Positions 40,961 through 53,330 of a DNA stretch of 64,000 nucleotides are shown one piece after another. Both the position numbers and the translations under genes were made by a program. The notes under the pieces are model-generated. The model was not told the DNA's origin and searched no databases. It saw only the letters and a program-made list of their open reading frames with translations. Each line of letters starts with the position of its first letter. The stretch's first letter is position 1. The stretch comes from Raillietiella orientalis (taxonomy: Eukaryota), in the NCBI GenBank assembly GCA_036172245.1, contig JAYWIR010000007.1, forward strand, positions 248,001 through 312,000, in the 5' to 3' direction.

Positions 40961-42684
40961 ACACCAGTCTTCCACCAAAGTCCCATGTTTGCTCCCCCCT
41001 GTGATAAAGAATAACTCTAGCTGCTCATCTAGACCCGCCTCAGACCCCACGACTAGTGCTGCCCTTGCGCCCACCACAGAAACACTGCACTTCCCTATGC
41101 TCTCAATTTCTCCCATGACGGCTCACAACGCAGCATGCTTTGATAAATTGCCTTCCCACGAACCGACTGAGGATGACAAGCTTAACTGCTTCGAAGACGC
41201 AGCAAGTGACACTTCTCCTGTCGATAGCAATCCCCCCGGGCAAAGGGAAATCTAATCTAATCGAGTGAAACTAATCCACGTCCGGACAAATCTAGTCAAA
41301 CTAATCCCAACCCGTGTCGTTTCCTGTGCGCCTTATGCGGCCCCCTAAACACGAAGGCACTCCGTGGCAGTGGCAAAACCCACGCCTTGTGTTCCTCGAG
41401 CAGCTTTTTCCCAGTGCAACAGCTGCTGCACCCTCATCCTCAACGGGTGAAGGCACCCGAAAGTTTTAATCACCAGGATGGTGGGTCAAAGGATGTCCCT
41501 GAGAGTTGCGCCAGCCGAACGCTCAACGGACACTCGTCTCCAGAACCTGCAACTGGGAAACGCTCATCCCGAGCTTCTGACAACAAGGTAAGAGATACTG
41601 CTCCTCGTCAAAGTAGGATTCGACTTCTCCCGAGCAAAGTAGATGAGCTCCCTCCAAAGTAGGAAACCTGTAACTTGGAAGGCAATAAAATTCCCTAAAA
41701 GCCTCCCAGGATTTCCCTTCTACTCCTTCTGTCTGCCATCAGTATACCTTGTTTTTTGGAGGAGATGAAGAGTTTAGGGAGCTCAGTTTCAAATGCATTC
41801 TGTTGGCTCCTTTGCATTTCTTTGGGAGGGAAATGCATCCCTTTGCGCTCCTTCAGGATTGGATGAAAATAGAAGAGTATACTTCTCCATCCCATTTCTG
41901 CTTAACCTTCATGTATATTGCTACAGCGTTAATGAAGTTCTACCAGTTGACATGTTATAAACCGAAGGTACACTGTTATATACAAGACACACCTCGAGGG
42001 AATGTGTAGACTCACGAATACAGAATCGCTACCCAAGATAACCTCTGCTTACTGTTACAATTTGCTTGAGACTGTCATGGGCTTCTGTATGTTTTTTGCA
42101 CACTTCATTGATGTTTAAGTAGATTCATTTGGGGAAATGGCATGTGGCGTAATTATTGAGTTCATTACGTAATTTCCTGATTCATTAAGGTGCTGTGGTA
42201 AATCTACAGTGAATCCACAGGAAATAGCAGAGGTATATGTGAACAGAAGAAACAGAAAATATCGTTTGTTTTGGAAAGTTTCTTTAAGAAGGGATATCAA
42301 TTTTTATCATCGAAACAACCATGTGCGAAATTGCATTACATGATTTGCTTAATGCTGCTACATTATTTGCAGAAAGTTCCTTTTCAGAGGTTCACATACC
42401 TCGTCGCTGATTTGTACACCTCAGAATATTTGAATAACAGTACAGCTACAGCTTTTTTCATTTAAAAACTCGAGAAAAACATCGCAAATGTTGTGTGATT
42501 GAGCCTGGGGTTATTTACCAAGCATGTTCACGCTCTTGGCCTTCATATATCGCACCCCATGTTTCTTCGTGCTTGTTTCCTTTGCAGGCAATGTTGCGGG
42601 CAAGTTTTTGCACGGGCAATAATATTTATCATATGATGATTGGCCGGGCAAGGTGGGCCGCGGGTGACAGCAACTGCACGGTGC

Positions 42685-44068
42685 TCACTTCGAGCTCGTG
42701 TACTTGGCGGCCGCTTTCGTGCCTTAAGAGACGGTCTGCTTGGTCAGTTCTCCAGGCAACAGCGGGCCCACCGCCGTCTGCACCTCCCGGATGGTGACTT
42801 TCACCTGGGTGAGCCGGGGCGTTTATTTCTAAACTATCTCGAACAAAGTTCCCAGTCAAAGGGTACCGAAGAACGAAGGGAGGGAACCCCAACATGCAGG
42901 TCGCAACACACACCTGGAACGGGAGGGAGGAGACCACAAATAAATACATAAAAAAATATAAATAAAAATGTGGGGGAGGGTTCGGCCGTTCCTTCTTTTA
43001 GAACCGGCGTTGGATGCTGGAAATCTTCCTGATGTCTTCTGGAAGATAAGGCCACCTGGCAGCCGACGTCTTGTTCCCGTCGGCTATTCCGGTGACCTCT
43101 CATAAAATCGCCTGCGACTCCAACTGGCGGCGGGCCGTGACTATGGCGCGGATGCAACAGATCGTTGCGACGACCGCACCTAACGACAGGCCGCCTGGAG
43201 TGAAGGAGCGGCGCACCAAAATCTTTGCAGTGTCCCCTTGGTACAAGAGCACTGAAGCCAGCCTCTGCCACAGTCCTTGGAAGACACCACAGTCGAAGAG
43301 CAGATGTGGGATTATTTCCGCTGCTCCGAGTTTGGCGAGGCAACGCCCCTGGAAACAATGTTCGCGCGCTGGTTGCAATGGAAGCCCCAATGCACCAGCA
43401 AAAGCACTTCCTATTTCCAAAGAAGGGGGAACACTGAAATGTTCACGCACGAAGGAGGGACCACAAGTTTTTCGGGGGGCACACTGACGAGTTCGCTCCA
43501 CCGAAGGAGTCCCTTGGGAATATGACAAGGCGTAGCAGCGTCTGCCAGCACGCTACTCCTCCAGCCGCCCATGGGTCGGGTTGTTCCTGCGATTGTGCAG
43601 GCGACCTCCCACCTTGCCGGTAGGCAACTGTCCTCTGCCCTTGGAGCGCTACAACAAGCGCTGCGGCAAGAAATGTGGCGTCCAGGCTGGTTCACAAGTC
43701 CTGGTCCTGCAACACATCCTCCACTGGACACAATGGGAAAAGGTACACACAACGGAGTTCCACAAGGTCGAACTCCGTTGCGTGCACCGGTCGGTGTTCC
43801 CGGCTGCTGATGGTGTGCGCTGGTTGTAGTGCGGCAGGCGGGATGCCTCCGAAGTGATGCGCTCGAAGATGTTCACGGAGCTGTTCATGATCGACATGGC
43901 CTTGCTCGAGATGCCCGTGTCCGGGTGCACCTGCTTCAGCACTTTGTAGATGTAGATCGTGTAACTTTCCTTCCTCTTCCGCTTCTTCTTCTTGTCTCCT
44001 TTCGGGATGTTTTTCTGAGCCTTACCAGCCTTCTTCACCACCTTCCCACTTCCGGACTTGGGAGCCGT
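42685..44068 (-). pseudogene. H2B: Histone H2B pseudogene split by a Tx1-like insertion
   Basis: The 5' half (44068-43797) reads [35 protein letters not shown]...[17 protein letters not shown]...HYN..ISSRE, with the start codon reading ACG. The 3' half (42798-42685) reads TIREVQTAVGPLLPGELTKQTVS*GTKAAAKYTSSK*. Confidence 0.95.
42799..43796 (-). mobile_element. 5'-truncated Tx1-like element inserted in H2B; copy H
   Basis: It has the ORF2 C-terminus (RWEVAC..LADAATP; PHLLFDC..LW; LSLGAVVATICCIRAI), a T-rich UTR, and the terminal hairpin at 42799-42827. A diverged TSD lies at 42784-42798 and 43797-43811 (11/15 identical). Confidence 0.9.
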
Positions 44069-44173
44069 CACGACCTCCTGAGCTTTCTGCGCGTACTATG
44101 CACTAAGAACGGATACATACATCGAACGTTAACACACCTGGAAACCTCCGGAGACCTCCGATGAGGGCCGGGA

Positions 44174-44970
44174 GTTTTGGATGATCCTTCTCTATTCTGT
44201 CTTCGCTGTTTTCGCAGCTCTTTCTTCAGGACTGTTTACGCCACCCGAGGGTACGTGTAACTCTTCAAGATAGGAGATGCCCCTATGAATTCAGGTAGGA
44301 CTCAGAGTCCATTCCTCTCAAGCCCGGGGAGGGCATCCCCGAAGGAAGCCTCCACTCTGGTTTTTCTCCGAAGGGACCTCTCTGGAGGGAGCCGCTCAAT
44401 TTTTCCTCCTCCGAAGGGAACCCGGAAAGGACCCTTCCGAGATTCAGAAGAACTCGCTGCTTCCCAGAGGTGATCGGCTTGCTTCTGTGCGCTCTCTGAA
44501 GAGGTGGCGATACACCTACTCCATCAGTACGACTAGGAATGGGGGATCCGCTCCTTTACAACCGCAGCGGAAGAACTTCCTCTTCTTGCTTCCTGGAAGG
44601 ACCTGGAGGTCAGACTACAATCATCCCCGCCCTATTCGCAGGATATCCGGTTTGAACCGCTACCGGTGCCGCACCCAAATGAATGCAGGCCAACCAGCGT
44701 CATCTCGCAGGAGGAACTCGGAACCCACGACGCACTGGGACTCGATTCATTTGGGAGTATTCGAACCCGCGACGCTTGTTGCTGCCACGCGCGGAGACCA
44801 CCGGAACTACAAGGCCTCCGGGGCGAGCAATGCAACGTTCGTTGTTTATATGTGCGGGGGGGCTGGCTCTGGACATTCTTTCTCAGTTGCTGTTCTGTTC
44901 CTTTGGGGCCCTCTTCGCCCCATCTCCATGGCGCCCCTTCCGCTTGGCGTCCCTCCGTGCTAGGCGCCTG
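44174..44970 (+). mobile_element. LTR-like interspersed repeat (same family as the 60-61.7 kb copies)
   Basis: It shares ATCCTTC..TTCTGTCTTC..ACGCCACCC.AGGGT..TTCA.GATAGG..ATGAAT.CAGG, GAAGGGAACCCGGAAAGG and GGCCAACCAGCG..CTCGGAACCCA with the other copies. Confidence 0.65.
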
Positions 44971-45668
44971 GTCGTTTCTTCTCAGAAGGCGAGAAAACCA
45001 AAGCGATTTGACCGGAGCCTGCGGTCGGCAGTTGGCATTCGCACGTCGGACGAACAAACTCGTGTGAAAGCGCTATCCAAATCCTAGTGAATGTGTGCTA
45101 AAGCATCACGATTGAAGTTTCGAATGCACTGGTAGAGTGACTTTCCACCAAGCTTTGTGATTTTCACGAGCAAATGATGTGTCCACGTCCGAATTGCGTT
45201 GCTCACAGCAGGTTTACTTCGTGAAGCATATTTTTACATGGAACTTGAGTTTTCAGCAGAGAAAACCAAGAGATCCCTCTCCCCCTCTCCCCTAAAGGGA
45301 AAAAGGCTCCCTATAGTTTGCAAGGAAAGGCGAAAGTGTTTCTTTTTTTTAAAAAAAAAAAAGAAGAAAAGAAACAAAGATGGTGATTGCGATTAAGAAA
45401 ATCTTGAAAATGTGGCTCGGCTACTCTCTCAGCTTGTGCAGAAAAAGTTTCATCTGCTTAGAGGGAACCGTGCTCTGGAAAGTCGGGATATCCTGGATTT
45501 GCAGCCCCGTAATGTATGCTGTCTTTTGCTTGGAATGAGAAACGTGAAACTTGCGTTCACTTTTAGTGTACATTCAGAACATTCATGGAGCTCCATGTGC
45601 ACAAAGTGAATGCATGCATACAATAGATTCCGTTTCGCTCGTTCCGTGTCCATGGAATCCATCTGGAC

Positions 45669-48581
45669 CAGTGTTTTCCAACCTTCCACATCTCACGGCA
45701 CACCTGAATTATGATAATCAAAAAAAGAGTAAAAAAGCGTACCTTGTGTGATTTGTTTATTGACAAAAACAAAACAAATCATTATGATTAAAGGATAATA
45801 ACTGAAATTTTTACAAAAAAAAATGCATTTTTTTCGTTTTATTTTCTGCTTACTATAATTTAGTATTTAGAGAGATGCTGAACTCTGACGCTTTTTCAGA
45901 AGATCTTCCTTGTAGGGTCGAATTTTGGACAAGCGTACCCTCAGATCTTCCTCCAGGGATCCTAGCTGTGATGGAGTTTTGTTTCTGATGCTGTTCATTG
46001 CAGAAAAGCTTGAATATGTTAAGGACTGCGTCATTTCTTATTTCTATTAACTCTTCTGCAATATGTAAATGTGCCGACGTGCGCGCAATTGAAAGGAAAG
46101 GGATTCCTCGACCGATCTAAAGACTTTGTGTGAAGTGCAGATTCAGCAAAGTATTTTTCGAAATTTTGCACACATTCGTTCCAAAGTTCGTAAAATTTGT
46201 TCGACAAGTCTATGCCTTGTCTCTAGTGCAAGGATTTCTACTGCATTTCCTTTTTTTTTTCAACTTCTTGCTTCCAAAGCGATTGTTTTTCTCTGAAAGC
46301 ATCCATTTTATCTGTGGACGTGAGAAGGTTCCCGTGATTGTCCCGAATGCTCTTATTAAGAGCATTCAAACACCGGAAGCAATCTGCAATAAATGCAACT
46401 CTATTCCACCGCCAACTCTCGTCACAAAGTGAACTTCCCAGTGTAGAATGTTACATCTTTGAGAAGGTTGAAGGTCCTCTTCTCTCAATTGGTAAAATCT
46501 TGATTAGACTTTTACTCGAGACAACCAACCACCTCACTTTCGCATGAAGTAAGAGATGCATAGGAGAAGCATCCACGGAATTCCACGGATGAGATTGGTC
46601 GCAATGGCTTGCTTCCGAGTAATAATTCTAGATAACGACATCCAAGACTTCTCGTGATTCAGGCACTAACGATTTTGATACGCTTCTCTGTGTAGAAAAA
46701 GGAATGTAAAGAAATAATCTTTGGATTCAGTTTTTTGTGCAAGGGTCCAGAATCCTTTTCTACCTCCGGACATAGGCGGAGCACCTCATCTGCACAAATA
46801 CTTACCCAGGGATCCCAAGACAAGTTATTATAATTGAGAGAAGATGTAACAAGGAATCCTCTGGAGTTCCTGCAGATGGAAGTGGTGGAGAAGCTTATGT
46901 TTTTTCTTCCTGGATTGAAAGAAACGCTTCAAAATTCCAAGCAAAAATTCCTTTATCGTTTCTATTTTCCATGTGGTCAAAACCTATTCCAAAGACGCTT
47001 ATTCCCAAGACAAGTTATTATAAATGAAGTAATTATCGATCGAATCGAAAATACCTTGGCCCTTCGTTGTTGTTGTTCTCAGAGGTCGACAGAAATAAAG
47101 ACTGCTCTATAATTTGTTCTTTATAAACAAATCTGGTGAATGCTGAAAGCTGAGAGTCACCACTGATGGCATCGGATCCACCCAATCGAGATGCAGACAT
47201 CTTTACTTCTTTGAGATGAGAAATCACTTGAAATTCTATATTTTCAGATGAATACGTCGAGAAATTGTGTCATCTGAGAGCACAATATTTAAAAACTTCT
47301 TCTTTTCGTATTCTTCCCCAAACGTCGTTTCCACAACTGCACGGCAGGCCGGAAAAACAACAGATTCCGCGATTGTATGAAACTTCATTTTCCAGCTACG
47401 ATTTCCGCTGCTGCGGAGTCGAGACATCTTCGGGTCAACATGACGTTCGCGGTCGTCGTCATGACGCCTTTGGTGGCTTGAGGGAAACAGCAGCTCGGCG
47501 GAGGAACGAGACGGGAACGCCACCAGCGAGAACGTCTGACTTTTTATTTCATCCCGTGCTATCCCTGTTCGGAATGATTCGCGAGGCGTTCCCTGATGAC
47601 ACCACAGGCAGAAGGGTATTCAGGGTTGGATCCGTTGGCGCATTTGAGATTTTCTGCAGCCCCCCATCCAAATCCGAGGTGAAAACGGTCGAGGGGAAAC
47701 TCGGAAACCAAGGACCGCAGCTTCTTGTGATCCATTTGACTTCGCTGAACGCTTGATTCGTGTTTTTGCCTGTTTGGCAACCCTGATTTGCAAGTCGTTT
47801 GCAAGACGCCACCGGCCTCCCGGACAGGTGATGATGTGTGGACTGCCAAGTGTCTCCTTGGTTTACTTGGAACCACAGCTTCATTTGCCAACATTTTGCC
47901 ACAGACTACGCATGCAGGACATTATGGATTTTTTTCGTTGCATATGAAACCGAATGGCAGATAATCTTCGCTGCTCTACCGAGTAATCGTTTTTATTCGC
48001 GCTGCCGATGCACTGGATGAGGTTCCATTCGAAGAATCAGCATCGCCTTCCAATTTCTGCTTCTTAATAGAAAAAAAAATAAAAATTCGTCCATTTTAAC
48101 CAAAAGGCATGAAAAGAATAAAATGAATTAACTGTTTGTGTAAAAAAAAAAGTCAACAGGGCACCAAAAAGTGCAAACCGTCGAGGACTGCAGGTAGAAT
48201 TCACAGTTATATCTACATAAGTAAGCTTCGAGGTGTCCAAACTCATATGAGAACACACTACACGGCTTCATTCACTCTGGATTATTTTGATATCCCTGTC
48301 AAATTATGCTATTTCTAGATGTGTCGCGTGATGACCTCATGTTTCAGGGATACACCCCACCTATCTTAGGAAAACTCCCATCTATGCACATGCACACATA
48401 GAGTATATACTATATAATTTGTTTTTCATTATAATAGTAATATACTCGTCCAATCCGTTTGAAGGGGTTTTAGCTCTAATTTTGATACATACACTTATTT
48501 TGCTTTGAACTTTTTTTCAAAAATACGTGAAATTTATGGCTCTTGAAAATTTTCACGGCACACTGGTTGAAGAACACCTTG
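45669..48581 (-). mobile_element. Full-length dead hAT DNA transposon (Buster/Charlie/ZBED5-like)
   Basis: Transposase remnants: EDYLPFGF..CVVCGKMLANEAVVPSKPRRHL, FHTIAE..LSDDTISRRI, SQLSAFTRFV, NLSWDPWVSICAD, LHREA, LLHAKVRWL. TIRs are CAGTGTTTTCCAACC (45669) and GGTTGAAGAACAC[CT]TG (48565-48581), both with subterminal CACGGCACAC. The 8-bp flanks ATCTGGAC and ACCTAGAC fit an NTCTAGAN target. Confidence 0.9.
46834..47002. mobile_element. 169-bp insertion of unknown origin with 21-bp target duplication inside the hAT transposase
   Basis: TCCCAAGACAAGTTATTATAA occurs at 46813-46833 and 47003-47023. Removing the insert and one repeat restores IDNYFIYNNLSWDPWVSICAD. Confidence 0.75.
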
Positions 48582-51500
48582 ACCTAGACTTTGCGCAAGG
48601 GGCAACACCTCGTTCGAGGACGGGAACGGAGAAGTGATTATTTCCAAGTCGGAGAGGACTCCAGGCTCGTTTCTATGAGCTTTTGTGTTGGAACAGTTTG
48701 CCTGAATCCTAACGCAAGGCAAATGGTTGATGCCCATCCAGCTGCCACTGTGGCGTCCTGCTGATTGATTTTGTTGCACCAGGACCACATCGAAGCCTGC
48801 CGATTGCCCCGAGCATCTTTTTTGTTGAAGCTGACCCGTTCGTGAATCTAAGGTGGCCGTATCAGAAGCTTCACATTGGAAGCATTTGTCTAGAGTTGGC
48901 TTCTTGAAACCTTGAGAGAAAGTCCATAAAAAAGCTTTTACCAAAGGTCCGCAGTTTGAAGTATAAGTGTCTGTGTGCGAAGTATATGTAAAGAGCATTT
49001 ATATGCGTATATTAATATACAGAAAAGTTAATATAAAATGTGCATTAATATATGCACAACTCTTCCTATAGTGGGACGGCATTCGGCTGCAGCTGCCCAT
49101 ATTATGGTCGCAGCATAAAGGTGACACCAGAATGCACCCTTCTCCAGCGTGGACGCAATAGGTGGATAGATGGACAGAAGGATCTTTACATAGACTCAAG
49201 CCCGTGGATAGGGTAGTCGGCTTTTGCCTTTCTTAAGATGAGGCTAATTTGCTCGTAAAAATGGTGTTGCGGGACAATGCTATCGATTCCAACTTCAGAA
49301 GGGCGAGTAGGGTTTCAGTCCCATCTGCGTTACACACCATTGGTGCTGAGAGTATCCGGACTTCCCAGTTTCTGAATCGTCCCTAGCAGTCAAATAGGAA
49401 ACGTTCTACTGGATGCAACGTCTCCCGAATTTCCGTTCGACACCTCATGAAGCGAGACTACTATAAAATGCCAATGAACTGAGTATTAAGGGGAAGCCGT
49501 AACCAATAATTTCCGTTAAGCTTCACTGCATTACCATTTTTTGTGCGTGTGTTTGCAATATGCGTTTGGATCTGAGACTATCAAAAGCGAGGGCAGCAAT
49601 CCTTCGAAAAAAGCAGTTCCTTAATGGCGGAAAATTCGATCATTACAAAAACTCGGCAATTGTGTTTTCATTCCGATACTCTTTTTTTTTTTTTTTTTTT
49701 TTTTTTTCTTTCCCGTATGCACCGATGCACCGCCCGTCTGCAAAGTGTGTTGCTGGTCAACATATCAGGATTTCCGAGCTTGTTCTGGTAAATGCAGGAG
49801 CCACTTGCTGCAGTCCGTCTTTCACCCGAGGTGTTCTTGGGAGTGAAACGCTACCATTGCGAACGATGCTGCTGCTGCATCGCTTGCGATCGTGGGAAGG
49901 GGACTTTTAAGAAGAAATGACAAACGACGCACCCGAGAAAAGAACTGAAGACCAGACGTCACCGAACAGATGCTGTGCATGCGGTGAAGTGGAAATGAGG
50001 CGCAGAAGACGATAAATTTCTGTGGAACCGAAGCCGAAACAGATCGAACAAGATGAGTAATCTACATGTGCAGTATGCAAAGGAAATCCAAGCTGATAAT
50101 GACTTCGGTACATGGTGTGACTGTGCTAACATTTTATTAACATGCTTTCATCAAGTTTTGAATTACGTACTCCTTAATGAATACCGTACATTTGCATGAA
50201 GGCTATTGCAAATCCACTGTCTATCTAAAGCTTCAGTTTGCAAAAACAGTGTTTTGTCGTTTGAATTCACAAAATATAGTAAATCCCGTTATTTTCGTTG
50301 ATTCTTCATGTTTCATCATCGCAAGAATGTTTTTTTTTTTTAAAAAAAAAAAAAAAATGATGACGACGAAACTGAACAGTTGCGAAGACATGTTTCATTC
50401 GTCACTGAAATGAGGGGGGGGGCTTCAGCAAAATTGGGCTTCTTAGCAAAGCGTCATACAAGTTGCTTTTCATGAATTGCTGGAAACATAAACCTCCTCC
50501 CCGGTTAATGCTGCACAAAGAACGCATTACCACTTGTTCCACAGAAGAGAAAAATTGGCGCGATGATGAACCCCCCGCGTCGTATGAAGTGTAAGGAAAA
50601 AATTCCCCCAGTGGGTGAAAATTGCAGCGAATCCCACGGTTTGTGGAGACCGTTCGCATGAATGAAGCAGAGATTAAAGGTTGCCAACTCATTCGAATGC
50701 CAGTTGTTTCCGTTCGCAAGCTCCTTGGACCATCGGGAATCGGTTAGCCACTGTTTCCGGAAGGATTGGGTGTAAAGAGTGTAGATGGAAGTTTGCTGTT
50801 TCCGGTAAGCAATGTATCCGAATAAGAGCTGTATAGACTTGTATCTATACTCTCCTTAAGTTTTTTCCCACAATGTCAGTGCAACATCCAACAGCGACAT
50901 AGAAAAAAAAAAAAACATGCAATACATTCCTGATTTCGCCGAAAATCAAACACTAACAGCAACTACTATCTTTCGTTCTCATTAGTTTCCAAGTGAAAAA
51001 AAGGTGATGATTATGTAGAACGGAATCAAAAGATAATTTCCATGCAATGTACGACGATGTAAGCAAAAAGAGAGAACGAATACAGTGTTGCACATTGTGT
51101 ACAGAATCAAACGCGGATAGTGGCGAATACTGAATCAAATAATAGTTTCGAAAACGAATGTAAATTCACGTGTACAAATCGAGTATACTAACAGATTCGT
51201 CAGTTCTTGATATTTGTGCGTAAAGTTAGACAAGGGGACGATGAATTTCAGACCGAACACACAAGGGGACGTGAAGCTCCTATGCAAGCTATCATGGATC
51301 ACAGCAGCAAAGTATCGAAAGCTGGTTCTTGCAACAAAATGGTGGTCTTTCTCTTTCACTGAGGCGTGCCTGAGAGACGGGGCCCGAGGCAGCAGGAAAC
51401 CGTGCGTGCTTGCAAAAGGTGATTCAAATCCCCGTGCACGTCCCCCTTCAAGGGAACAACAGCATCTGGGATGGGTGGAAATGAGTTGGCAGCCCTGCTC

Positions 51501-52175
51501 CCGTGTTCGGTGGGTGATCCCACAGTCGGCAGGGGGGAAAGGCAAATCCCAATGCAAGATGTGGCTAACGGGCCGTGTTGCTGTGGCAAACAGGCTCGTC
51601 CGGCGCGTAGCTACCGCATGTGCCCACCAATTTTTGTTTGCATTGTGTGTACGTGCCCCATCGTGTGACGGCGGCTTCCGTGAAGGCCAACTTGGTATTC
51701 TGGAAAGTGAACCTTGCCGTGGCACGCGTAGTTTCGTGGTGGTTACGGAGTGTCGTCCCGTAACACCTGTGATATGCAAAAATCGGCCTGACATACAAGG
51801 TGGTAGCTTGTATTGGGGATGAAGTTTATTATCGTTGCATTTTACCAAAACTCAATATCCGAATCGCATACAATGTATTTCTGTCATCACGTGATTTCCA
51901 TGCACAAACGTGTTTCAGCCTAAAGCCAATTGTCCCTAAAAGGTACAGAAGTTCATAAGGAATACATTGTGTTGTGCCCATGAGAATTCGTATGATGAAT
52001 CTCAAGTTTGATTTCAATTTCTTCGTATATCATGAAAACTTGAGATTCATGCAGTATATACTCATGAAACTGTACCACGGTTTTTGTTGTTCCAGAGTTC
52101 AAAGAGGGTTATTGTAGCCACGCATGCAATGTCTGTTTTTCATAAATTTAACAGACATTCATTGTTTTGTTACAG

Positions 52176-53306
52176 GAAAAGTGGAGTTTAGTAAAATACA
52201 ATAAAGAAGTAAAGCTAATAAGGAAGTCAAATGGAATAAAAACAACCAAGTCAAACAATCCAGAGGGAACACATGTTACGATCAAAGAAAAAAAGAAAAG
52301 AAAAGAAAGATTGCACTCTTTTGAAATGAAGGTTGCAGCAAAGTGTCTAAAAGCTAATGCAGGCGTACAAACAGCCATTCAAGCATTCAGTGGAAGTGAA
52401 GACTCGAAGAAAACAGACGCGAATGTGAGAACTGTAAAAACTTTATTACCCATTTTGCTGTGCAGCACAGTATTCATAGTTGCAGCATCTGTAATTCTTG
52501 ATTTACTAATTTGTCGTCATAATTTTAATTTGAAATTAAACATTTCCGAAACCGAATCCTCATTATATAGAAAAGTTCACCATCAACATTTGGCCATTGA
52601 AACATTAAAAACAGTTTTACTGCTTCATGAAAAAAGTCTTGGCAAACACCCACATGTTGCAATGCTTATTGGTGGAACTGGAGTGGGTAAGACACTAATG
52701 ACAGAAGTCATTGCAAAGCAGATTCCAATAATTGACAATGTCCACAGGATTATCATAATGTTGCACTTCAATAAATTATCCTCCACAGAAATATGCACAT
52801 TTTTAACAAAACTAGTGAATCCCTGTGGTCTGGTGTTAATAATTTTGGAAGGATTGGAAACTAGTACAGAAGAAAGCAGGAAAGGAATCCACTGTTTTTT
52901 AATGCAGTCCCAAGATCCCACATTCAAAATCAACAAAAATATGTTAGTTATTTTAACTGCAAATTCCGGAAACGAAATTACAAAAATGTATCTAAGAGCA
53001 ATTCAATCTCGGAAGAAACGATCAGATTTAAGAATGGAAGATTTTCCACTTGAAACACCGATAAACCCAGAAATTGTGCAATTTGCTAGAGACCTAGAAC
53101 AAAATCTGGTTATGGTAAACTTGTGTTTATTTCTGCCAATAGAAATACATCATATTAAAGATTGTCTGCCTTGGTCTATTAAAGAAATAATTAGTCTTCC
53201 AAACTTGACCAATGCTCTGATGAAAAACCTTGCCAATGATACAGAAAAAGTACTGAAGGATGGATGCAAAGGAGTTCTCTCTCATTTACGATTACAACAT
53301 GAATAA
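52176..53306 (+). CDS. Torsin-family AAA+ protein (TOR4A-like, membrane anchored), one long coding exon
   Basis: An uninterrupted ORF with a hydrophobic segment, LYRKVHHQHLA (like LxGQHLA), Walker A GGTGVGKT, LVILTANSG, FLPIEIHHIKDC (like FLPLExxHVxxC) and C-terminal GCKGV. The start is uncertain: either an acceptor before 52176 or the ATG at 52325. Confidence 0.8.
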   Translation, partial: EKWSLVKYNKEVKLIRKSNGIKTTKSNNPEGTHVTIKEKKKRKERLHSFEMKVAAKCLKANAGVQTAIQAFSGSEDSKKTDANVRTVKTLLPILLCSTVFIVAASVILDLLICRHNFNLKLNISETESSLYRKVHHQHLAIETLKTVLLLHEKSLGKHPHVAMLIGGTGVGKTLMTEVIAKQIPIIDNVHRIIIMLHFNKLSSTEICTFLTKLVNPCGLVLIILEGLETSTEESRKGIHCFLMQSQDPTFKINKNMLVILTANSGNEITKMYLRAIQSRKKRSDLRMEDFPLETPINPEIVQFARDLEQNLVMVNLCLFLPIEIHHIKDCLPWSIKEIISLPNLTNALMKNLANDTEKVLKDGCKGVLSHLRLQHE

Positions 53307-53330
53307 ATTCTTGAGAACTGTTTGTTTATT
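53302..53330. terminator. Opposed AATAAA polyadenylation signals of the two convergent genes
   Basis: AATAAA on + at 53302-53307 overlaps the torsin TAA. AATAAA on - at 53330-53325 immediately follows the UBAC2 TAG. Confidence 0.6.

Noticed and set aside
43649..44071. Functional H2B variant with a novel C-terminal tail
   Set aside because: No ATG, a frameshift after HYN, a tail that reads into LINE sequence, and a true 3' half carrying a stop.
49700..51822. TSP1/ADAMTS-like exons (WQPCS, SCDGGFR)
   Set aside because: Only short scattered matches without consistent cysteine spacing; cannot be supported without an HMM search.
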